A DNA stretch of 64,000 nt from NCBI RefSeq assembly GCF_963921235.1, contig NC_086107.1, positions 116,934,001 through 116,998,000 of the forward strand, given 5' to 3'. This document shows, one piece after another, positions 13,026 to 22,854 of this stretch. A model generated the notes under the pieces. That model was given only the letters and a program-made list of their open reading frames with translations. It did no database searches and was not told where the DNA came from. Origin of the DNA: Mobula hypostoma (Eukaryota). The stretch's first letter is position 1; each line of letters opens with the position of its first letter. The position numbers and the translations under genes are program-made.

Positions 13026-13794
13026 GTCCTTCCACAGAAGAAGTGTCATTTACTTTATTTATCCTATCGTTCTTAACAATCTTCTCCTGCACTGTTTCGA
13101 AAGTGTGCAGGGTTATAGTTGAAACTTACACCACTCTTCGTCTATTTCCATGCCAATATTTTCCCCAAACAGACAAGAAAACTTGACGAATAAAGTTGAA
13201 TGCAATTACAATTCAACGGGCAGAGTGGCGATTTGGCCGGTTGGGAAAGTAGAGTAATCTAAGAGTTACAAGTAGAGAGAGTCTGAACACAGAAAAAGAC
13301 CAACAGTGAAAGAGAAGGAGATTTAGAAAGTTACATAACGGAGGACTTGTAGGTTCCGAAACAGGCCGATGTGGGTAACAGAGCGAAATGCGAGATCGAA
13401 CTGAGCTAATTGGTCCTGATATTCATTCATTTCATGTGCCATATACCCCATTTGTGGATCTAACACCCAACTGCCAATCATTCCAATGATCCACACAGGC
13501 CTGAGCCGAAACTTGCACTGATTCATCGTGAAGAAAGTTTTACATAACTCGGATCTAAATAATCAGAGCTTTGCATAGAGTTATGTTTTCTTGTTAGAAA
13601 GTCATCGACCCGTAAAACCAACCTAGAAACCTTATTGGCATTATCACTTTAAACATTTTTTGAACTGAGTATGTTCACCGCTGATTCTGCACCGCACGTG
13701 ATCTGGACCAACGTATTTCGACACCAGTGTTGCATTTATCAAAATTATTTTCAATTGTTTCGCCACAAATACATTTGGATGTTTAATCGTGCAA

Positions 13795-14070
13795 TTATAG
13801 GAACATGGAAACGAAAAAAACCTACAGCATAAGACAGGCTCTTTGCCTCACAATGCCGTGCCGAAAACATACTTACTTTAGAAATTACCTAGGGTTACAC
13901 ATAGCCCTCTATCTTTCTAAGCTCCATGTACCTATCCAGGAGTCTCTTAAAAAAACCCTATCGTATCCGCCTCCACCACCGTTGCCGGCAGCCCATTCCA
14001 TGCACTCACCACTCTCTGCGTAAAAAACTTACCCCTGACATCTCCCTGGTACCTACTTCCAAGCACGTTA
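13795..14070 (-). mobile_element. CR1 LINE 3' end fragment
   Basis: Minus peptide DVRGKFFTQRVVSAWNGLPATVVEADT plus tail. Confidence 0.8.
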
Positions 14071-14108
14071 AAATTGTGGTGTTTAATGCTGAAAGCATGC
14101 CCGGTTGT

Positions 14109-14201
14109 GGTACCTTGGCCTTGTGATATGATTCTCGCGTCCGTTGCTCTTGTAGGTATGTAACATGTGAGAGGTATCGGATTCAAATCCCGGGCGAGCC
14201 C
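14109..14201 (+). pseudogene. tRNA-Pro-like pseudogene with a 21-nt intron-like insertion
   Basis: GGTACCTTGGCCTTGTGATATGATTCTCGCGTCCGT-[21 nt]-TGTGAGAGGTATCGGATTCAAATCCCGGGCGAGCCC aligns to the 72-nt vertebrate tRNA-Pro; total length 93 nt. Confidence 0.7.
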
Positions 14202-14298
14202 ATTTATTCACAAAACAATCTGCAGATGCTGGGGTCAAAGCAGCACTCACGATACGCTGGAGGAGCTCAGCAGGTCGGGCAGCATCCGTGGAAAAGAT

Positions 14299-14336
14299 CG
14301 GTCGACGTTTCGGGCCGGAACCCTTCGTCAGGACTG
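14299..14336 (-). ncRNA. Minimal type I hammerhead ribozyme
   Basis: Minus strand CAGTC-CTGACGA-AGGGTTCCGGCCC-GAAACGTC-GACCG; intact core, one stem I mismatch. Confidence 0.75.
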
Positions 14337-15018
14337 AAGAGGGAAGGGGCAAAGGCCCTATAAAGAAGGTGGGGGGAGGGTGGGAAGGAGAAGGCTGGTA
14401 GGTTCCAGGTGAAAAACCAGTAAGGAGAAAGATAAAGGGGTGGGGGAGGGGAAGCAGGGAGGTGATAGGCAGGAAAGGTGAAGAAGGAATAGGGGAAAAC
14501 ACAATGGGTAGTAGAAGGAGGTGGAACCATGAGGGAGGTGATAAGCAGCTGGGGGAGGGGGCAGAATGACATAGGGATAGGGGAAGGGAGTGGGAGGGAA
14601 TTACCAGAAGTTGGAGAATTCTATGTTCATACCATGGGGCTGGAGACTATCTAGACGGTATATGAGGTGTTGCTCCTCCAACCTGAGTTTAACCTCATCA
14701 TGGCATTAGAGGAGGCTATGAATGGGCATATTTGAATGTGAGTGGGAAGCAGAGTTGAAGTGGGTGGCTACCTGGAGATCCTGTCTGTTGTGGCGGACGG
14801 AGCGGAGGTGCTCGACGAAGCGGTCCCCCAATCTGCGTCGGGTTTCATTGATGTAGAGGAGGCCACACCGGGAACACCGGATGCAATAGATGATCCCAAC
14901 AGACTCAGAAGTGAAGTGTTTTCTCACGTGGAAGGACTGTTTGCCCCAGGAATCTACCAGCCTTCTCCTTCCCACCCTCCCACTACCTTCTTTATGGGGC
15001 CTCTGCCCCTTCCCTCTA

Positions 15019-15056
15019 CAGTCCTGACGAAGGGTTCCGGCCCGAAACGTCGACTG
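15019..15056 (+). ncRNA. Minimal type I hammerhead ribozyme in the inverted PLE terminus
   Basis: CAGTC-CTGACGA-AGGGTTCCGGCCC-GAAACGTC-GACTG: perfect 5-bp stem I, CUGAnGA and GAAA core, GUC cleavage triplet at 15049-15051, palindromic ACGT in place of stem III. Confidence 0.8.
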
Positions 15057-15927
15057 ATCTTTTCCACGAATGCTGGCCGACCTGCTGAGTTCCTCCAGCG
15101 TGTTGTGAGCCCATTTATTCGCCAAGGCAAATGTTTTAGAACACAGAGGCAAAATTCACAGACCTGCCTATTCCTACTGCGGTGTTCTGAGTAAAAGTTT
15201 CGTAGAAACACAAAAAAAATGTTCAGCTGGTTCTGCTGTGTCACGATTAGTACGTTCGCCGCACTTTTGTAATGTCCCCAGTCCTATCCTATTTTGACAA
15301 TTGCTCTGATTGTGAAGATTGTGCGTTTTACTGCCATTCAGAATCCCCTTGATAACAGTTGCCCGATGACTTTTTCGTAAGTAAGCAAGGAATAACTTTG
15401 AGTTTGCGAACACCCAGTCAAATATACATTCGCATAGCCGAACAAGTAGTGGATACAAATCCAGTACGGAGAACTTGGAATGAAGAAACAAAATATACCT
15501 CAGCCATATTTTAACTGTCCATGAATCTCTCGCTGTATTTCCTTCCAACTCTTGAACTACTCGTACCCCTCCACGTGATTCTATTTCTACCCGTCAGCCT
15601 CCTAGACTGACCTCATCGTTGGTAATTTCTTTCTGTTGTTGTTTTGCTTTTTTTTCCGGAGAGAAGCTGCTGCTTTTGGTCTGTCACGCAATGAAACCAA
15701 TGCTCAGGGCTACGCGGGGATGGTAAAACATGAGTTGATGCCAAATCCCTGGCTCTCGATTCAGACAGAGTCATTTTCTGCTGGTGTTAGATTCCGGTGA
15801 ACTCAGTCTTTCAGTGCTTTTTTGGGGTTAGACATTTCAGCAGTCAGACTTGTCTTCAGCAGCGCACAGCCATCTGTCATTGCAAGTTGTCCATTGGGTT
15901 GTTTGAATCTGCTGCAGCGGTTTAGAT

Positions 15928-16797
15928 CAGCCATTCTCAACGGGGGCCCTATGGCCCCCTTGGGGGCCCTGGCACATTTGAAGGGGGCCACCGACTGAAA
16001 ACTGTGAGAAGGGGAGCCCCAAGGGTTTATGGGGGCCCTGGTAACTGAACCGATGAAATACCCAAGCAGCAACCTTCATTGGAGTCAATAGTTTCCCTTC
16101 TATTTATAATATTCCAACACACCATTTGAATTCGGCGCACCTGGTACATTCATTGCTTAAGCTCCTCCCACACGGCCTCACTTCAGAGCCAGTCGCGAAT
16201 CAGGCTGCACCGGGTCAACGTATTCAATCAAGGGTTCTTGCACCCATTATCGCCATACTTCATTCTCCGAAGATCAGCGTGTCTTGCTAGGCCTTTTTTA
16301 GCCTAGTAACTTTAAAGTACATGTGTTTGATATATTATACTTTAAGGTAGGTTGTGAAAAGTGTTTATTACTGCAAATGAAGTCACCGAAAAAAAAATAT
16401 CCCTGGCTTTGGGTGACAGCAGTTTTTGTCAGTAATGTGTCTATTTTGCGCGCTTATTCCCAAGACAAAAACTTTTAGGCAGCCTTCCTAAACCATTTCC
16501 CAGTCAATGTTGTCAATTTGGCTAGAAACAAAATAGCAAAATCATTTAAATTTTTTTTCATGTTTGGAAGTTTTTAGCGAATGCATATGACAAGGAAATT
16601 TGAAATATTGTGTTATTATGCATTTACACTATGTCATTTGCTAAATCTCAGTTGAAATTATAAATTTTCACGGTAATTTGGTTAATTCGGCGACTAAACA
16701 TACGTAGTGAGTTTCCCCAAGTCACTTGAAAGGAGGGCCCTGGAACCTGAAAAGAGCTCCTAAGGGGGCCGTGGCCAAAAACAGTTGAGAATCACTG
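15928..16797. mobile_element. Non-autonomous hAT (Buster/Charlie) element, 870 bp
   Basis: TIRs CAGCCATTCTCAAC / GTTGAGAATCACTG; 8-bp TSD GTTTAGAT (NNNTANNN) at 15920-15927 and 16798-16805; empty paralogous site near 6120. Confidence 0.9.
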
Positions 16798-17077
16798 GTT
16801 TAGATGAAGCAGTGGACGGTGCTAATTCAACGTGAAGGTTATTCGCTAAGTACGCAATGGGTCACTAGTCCGACAGCAGGCAGACACATTGCGAATTCCC
16901 TCATTTCTTGAAATCGAGTGCCTGAATGGGACACAAGCAAAATTCATTCAATTAGTGCAGCTCTTGCAACCTCCTTACCAAAAAACTTCATAGTATGAAA
17001 TATTCCATCATGGAAATTAGTTCTTAGCCCCAATTCTGCAAAGTAGCCTAGTGTGCCTACTTAAGCAGGTCTTGTTA

Positions 17078-19617
17078 CATAGAAACATAGAAGCATAGAA
17101 AACCTACAGCACAATATGCCCTTTGGCCCACTAAACTGTGCCGAACATGTCCCTACTTTAGAACTACCAAGGCTTTACCCATAGCCCTCTATATTTCTAA
17201 GCTCCACGTAGCCATCCAGGGGTCTCTTAAAAGACCCTATCGTTTCCGCCTCCACCGCCGTTGCTGGCAGCCCATTCCACGCACTCACCACTCTCTGCGT
17301 AAAAAACTTACCCCTGACATCTCCTCTGTACCAACTTCCAAGCACTTTAAAACTATGCCCTCTCATCCCTGGGGAAAAGCCTCTGACTATCCGCACGATC
17401 AATGCCTCTCAATATCTTATACACCTCTATCAGGTCACCTCTCATCCTTCGTCGCTCCAAGGAGAAAAGGCCGAGTTCACTCAACCTATTCTCATAAGGC
17501 ATGCTCCCCAATTCAATCAACATCCTTGTAAATCTCTTGTGTACCCTTTTTATGCTTTCCACATCCTTCCTGTAGTGACAACACCAGAACTGAGCACAGG
17601 TGGGGTCTGATCAGGGTCCTATATAGCTGCAAAATTACCTCTCAGCTCTTAAGCTCAATCCCATGATTGATGAAGGCCAATGCACCGTATGCCTTCTTAA
17701 CCACAGAGTCAACCTGCGTAGCTGCTTTGAATGTCCTATGGACTCGGATCCCAAGATACCTCTGATCCTCCACACTACCAAGAGTCTTACCATTAATGCT
17801 ATATCCTGCCATCATATTTAACCGACCAAAATGAACCACCTCACAATTATCTGGGTTGAAATCCATCTGCCACTTCTCAGCCCAGTTTTACATCCTATCA
17901 ATGTCCCATTGTAACCTCTGACAGCCCTCCACACTATCCACTACACACCCAATCTTTGTGCAATCAACAAATTTACCAACCCATCCCTCCACTTCTTCAT
18001 CCAGGTCATTTATAAAAATCACGAAGAGAAGGGGTCCCAGAACAGATCCTTGTTCCTACAGGCTCAATAACAATGATATAATCACCTGTTCCTACAGGCT
18101 CAATAACAATGTTATGATCACCTGTTCCTACAAGCTCAATAACAATGTTATGATCACCTGTTCCTACAGGCTCAAAAACTTCCGTACTCAAACTTCTATT
18201 CTGATTGTCACAGAATAACAATTCTAGACAGGCCTCCCCTCTTTTTGGTGCATTAATATACTGGGTCAAAAATTCAGTAACTCAATTAATTCACTTTCTT
18301 GTAATCCATGAGTTACTGGGTAGGGGTCCCAGAACAGATCCCTGACGGCCTCCAGTTCTGGATTCACAAAACAATGTCTCCTTGGATCCCATGCCTCCTT
18401 ACTTTCTCAATAAGCCTGGCATGGGGTACCTTATCAAATGCCTTGCTAAAATCCATATACGCTACATCTACTGCTCTACCTTCATCAATGTGTTTAGTCA
18501 CATGCTCAAAAAATTCAATCGGGCTCATAAGGCACGACCTGCCTGTGACAAAGCCATGCTGACTATTCCTAATCATATTATACCTCTCCCAATGTTCATA
18601 AATCCTGCCTCACAGGATCTTCTCCATCAACTTACCAACCACTGAACTAAGACTCAATGGCCTATAATTTCCTGGGCCATCCATACTCCCTTTCTTGAAT
18701 AAGGGAACAACACCCGCAATCCTACAATCCTCCGAACCCCCCCGCCCCCGTCCTCATTGATGATGCAAAGATCATTGCAAGAGGCTCAGCAATCTCATCC
18801 CTCGCCTCCCACAGTAGCCGAGGGTACATCTTGTCCGGTCCCGGTGACTTATCCAAATTGATACTTTCAAAAGCTCCAGCACATCTCTTCCTTAATATCT
18901 ACATGCCCGAACTTTTCAGTCCGCTGTAAGTCATCCCTACAACTGCCAAGATCCTTTTCCATAATGAATACTGAAGCAAAGTATTTATTAAGTACCTCTA
19001 ATATTTCCTCCTGTTCCATACACACTTTTCCACGGTCACATGGTCCTATTCTCTCATGTCTTATCCTCTTGCTCTTCACATACTTGTAGGATGCCTTGGG
19101 GTTTTCCTTAATCCTGTCCGCCAAGGCATTCTCATGGCCCCTTCTGGCTCTCCTAATTTCATTCTTAAGCTCCTTTCTGCTAGCCTTATAATCTTCTAGA
19201 TTCCTATCATTACCTAGTTTTTTGAACCTTTTGTAAGCTCTTCTTTTCTTCTTGACTAGATTTACAACAGCATTTGTACACTGTGGTTCCTGTACCCTAC
19301 CATACTTTCCCTGTCTCATTGGAACGTACCTACTCAGAACCCCACAAAAATATTTCCTCCCTGAACATTTGCCACATTTCTTCTGTACGTTTCCCTGAGA
19401 ACACCTGTTTCCAATTTATGCTTCCGTTCTCCCTGATAGCCTCATATTTCCCCTTACTCCAATTAAACGTTTCCCTAACTTGTCTGTTCCTATACCGCTA
19501 CAATGCTATGGTAAAGGAGATAGAATTGTGATCACTATCTCCCACTGAGAAGACCTGACACCTTACCAGGTTCATTTGCCAATACCAGATCAAGCACAGT
19601 CTCTCCCCTTGTTGGCC
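17078..19617 (-). mobile_element. CR1 LINE, 5'-truncated (subfamily B), with internal insertion
   Basis: Tail at ~17078-17100; minus peptides [24 protein letters not shown] and RIKENPKASYKYVKSKR. Confidence 0.88.
18049..18175. repeat. 36-bp tandem repeat, 3 units plus a partial
   Basis: Unit CCTGTTCCTACAGGCTCAATAACAATGTTATGATCA starting at 18049, 18085, 18121 and 18157 (partial). Confidence 0.9.
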
Positions 19618-19889
19618 TGTTAGCCTGTGTCCCTCTCAACCTATGTTATCCATGCAATTTATTCGAAGACTAATTTCGTAACTCATTTACAAGGAAAAAA
19701 TGTTGATTTTCGTGATTGTTTGAAACAAAGTGGCACTCTCAAATAAATTACACTTTGTACATTTAATAAAGTCCGAAAGCTTTGTTGATTATTCGGTCAT
19801 TTACTTACGCATCTTGACGCATTCTCCTTTCCCATATTATATAGTTATATTATATATATGTACGTAAGGGTTTATCTAAGGGCCTGATG

Positions 19890-20128
19890 TGGGCACGTGG
19901 CCGAGTGGTTAAGGCGTTCGTCTAGTGATCTGAAGGTCGTCAATTTGAGCCTTAGCTGAGGCGGCATGTTGTGTCCTTGAGACCGGCACTTAAACATATA
20001 TTGCTCTATGTCTGTGTGAGGAGTGGCGCGCCGCACAGTCTTTCGTTCCGCGCCTTATAAGGCATGAAAATGCCCGACGCTGGCCTCTTAGGCCTGAGTT
20101 GACGATCCCTTCTCCTCCCCTCCCCCCA
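19890..20128 (+). mobile_element. tRNA-derived SINE with CORE/Meta-like central domain
   Basis: A box TGGCCGAGTGG, central GTGTCCTTGAG..GGCACTTAA, imperfect TSD GGGCC(T/C)GATG; second copy at ~41178-41400. Confidence 0.75.
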
Positions 20129-20339
20129 GGGGCCCGATGGCATATTGGAGAGCACGTTGAGCGCAACTGCTGTGTGTCGTCATTTCAGCCACCAGTCCGT
20201 CTATTTTTTTTTCAGTTGCGCTGGCCTGAGCAGGACGTTTTAACACTTCTGGAAAACTGTGCGGCACTTTAAATGTTTTTTTCAAAGATATGCATAATAT
20301 GAGTAGTTCGAATGAATATCGAAAGTCACATCGTTTTGA

Positions 20340-21845
20340 TTTGCCGACCTGTTAGATACTATTACGAGTATGAACCTTTTGATGAAGGGTTCCATTGGAA
20401 GAATTTATAATTTACTATTACAATGGGATAAGCGTCCTTTATTTACGATTAAACAAGATTGGGAAAAGGAACTCAATTTGACTTTAATGACGGAGGACTG
20501 GACGCGGATTCTGAAGCTAATTAACTCTTCTTTGATCTGTGCTAGTCATTCACTGATTCAACTTAAAATTGTACATCGTTACTATTTGACAAAGGAGAGA
20601 TTGTTTAAAATGTTTCCTAATGTTGATAGTTATTGCGATAGATGTAAAACTGAGCCAGCTATACTGACACACATGTTCTATACTGGAACAGTTCTGGAAG
20701 TCAGTTTTATCTACAATTTCTAAAGCACTTAAAATTAATTTACAACCTAACAAATTAACTGTGCTTTTTGGAATAATTCCTCAAACTATCCACGGTATCT
20801 CTTTGTCTGACTAACCTATTATTGTATTTGTTACATTGATAGCTAGGAGGGCCATTTTGTTGAAGTGAAAGGATACGTCGGCTCCCATTTTGTCGCAATG
20901 GTTCTCTCAAGTAATGCTATGTCTTAGTCTGGAGAAAATTAGAAGTCGAACCTTTGGAACCTATGTTTGATTTTGAGAAAAGATGGGGTTCATTTGCTCG
21001 TTACTATCATTTGAGTTAATTGATAGATTTCCTCCACGATCTAATTGTAAATTTTTGGTACTTTTTTTTCTTGCTGGCAGTTTGATGCTGACCTTTAGAA
21101 GCTTTTTGTATGACGCATGGCTCCGGGGTTGAACACCTAATGTTTTTTTTCTCACTTTTCCTTGCTTAGTATGGTTTTTTTCCCACTTTTTTTGTCTCCA
21201 AATTTTTTTCAATCTTTAAAACAATGTTTTTTTTTTCTTGAGACATTGTAAGTATTGCCTACTTCGATGTACTCCTGTTAATTTAGATTAGATTAGATTA
21301 TGAGGACACTCAGTCCTCCTTTATTGTCATTTAGAAATGCATGCATTAAGAAATGATACAATGTTCTTCCAGAGTGATAGCACAAAAACACAGGACAAAC
21401 CAAAGACTAACACTGACAAGATCACATAATTATCACATATAGTTACAGCAGTGCAAAGCAATACCATAATTTGATAAAGGGCAGACCATGGGAACGGTAA
21501 AAAAAAAGTCTCAAAGTTCCGATCGACTCCTGATGGCCCCCAATAGCAGGCGGCAGAAGGGAGAAACTCTCTCTCCCATAAACCTCCAGGTACCGACAAC
21601 TGTCGATGCATTGGAAGCACCCGACCACAGCCGACTCTGAGTCAGTCCGAAAACTTCGATCCTCCGACCAGCTCTTCGACACCGAGCACCGAGCACCATC
21701 TCTGCCGAGCGGCCGCCGAGCAACAAGCAAAGCCGAGGATTCGGGGCCTTCCCCTCTGGAGATTCTGGATTATACAGTAACAGCGGCAGCGTAAAAGGCA
21801 TTTCAGAAGTTTCTCCAGATGATTTTGGATCATAATAATAAAAAG
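20340..21845 (+). mobile_element. L1-clade LINE 3' part (zf-RVT region and 3' UTR)
   Basis: WEKEL..DWTRIL..LIQLKIVHRYYLT..CDRCKTEPAILTHMF; A-rich end at ~21833-21845. Confidence 0.75.
21285..21832 (-). mobile_element. Non-coding retroposon, 5'-truncated, same family as 8896-9571
   Basis: Same tail, hairpin and body sequence as 8896-9440. Confidence 0.7.
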
Positions 21846-22854
21846 ATCTGAAAAGTTTTGATTTAATGTGAAAATGATGTGTTACAGTAGGTTACATGGT
21901 CGGCACAACATTGTAGGCCGAATGAAATGCAGGTGTGTATGCAGTGTCCAGGGAGCGGTAATAGCTCTGGTGAAGGGGCTTGCCTTGTCTACTACTGAGC
22001 AGCTCACTCACTTCTGGTCATACTGAACACTCAGCTCAGACCAAGCAGATGTTAGCATACAAGAGCAGTCATTCTGGCACATCGATTCGACAGGCAGCCT
22101 AAACCAGGTGAGGGTAGCCAGCAGCCTCATAATCCGGTGAGACAGGAACATGCCAGTCCTAGCATGCGAAGTTATCTCCAGCGGAATGGGCAGATGAAAT
22201 ATACTGTGAGATTTAATGACGAAAAAGGCGGTTCTGCAATGCTCCTTGGAGAGCGAGGGGTATGAGAAGACGCAGAATACGTCAAGGAAGACCCAAGTTA
22301 GTGATACTTGTTCGTACCACTGGAGCCGTCCCAGTTCAACGGCTTGTCCACTTTAAAAATTCTCCTGCACAGGTTTCCCGTCATCGTTGGATACGATAGC
22401 CAACAACCATAATGAAGTATAGTAAAACAAAGAAACACGTTCATGTGTCCGTAAACGTTTTTGAGCTGCGTTAAATTCCATCTGCGCGGTAATAAAGGGA
22501 ACATTTCTGTTACGGCGCGGCCGCGCACTTGGTCAGCTTAGAAGGAGCAGTGACTCCAACTTAAAGCGAGACTATCATTTGTAGACTTAAAACCCCTTTT
22601 CTTAGCCCTTTACCAATGATATATCACTGATATCAATGATACAACAGTGTTATATTTGGTGCTTGCCTAGGCACAGCATAGGGGCAAAAAACGATGGCTA
22701 ACATCTTTTGCAGGAAATTAAGAAACTCAGGAGTGAACGTTGATAACTGTGGGTCCAGGACGTTTAATTCAAGCTCTCCTTTCTTCACAGGGAGTCGGGG
22801 CCTTATTCATATATTTTGCAATTTTAGGTCCAGTTACTACAATTCGTTGTAGCA

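Larger units (their letters stand above)
14210..15106 (-). mobile_element. Penelope-like element, 5'-truncated, with inverted terminal repeat
   Basis: GIY-YIG peptide GIIYCIRCSRCGLLYINETRRR; 14-bp TSD GAGCCCATTTATTC at 14196-14209 and 15107-15120; ~14947-15106 is an inverted copy of ~14248-14408. Confidence 0.92.

Noticed and set aside
18049..18175. 36-bp repeats as a CRISPR array
   Set aside because: Repeats are head-to-tail with no spacers, there are no cas genes, and the context is vertebrate
19890..19965. tRNA-like sequence as a tRNA gene
   Set aside because: It is the head of a SINE with a second dispersed copy; no complete cloverleaf
21940..22410. Segment absent from the other array units, probably a TE
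   Set aside because: No TSD, terminal repeat or protein motif that I could assign
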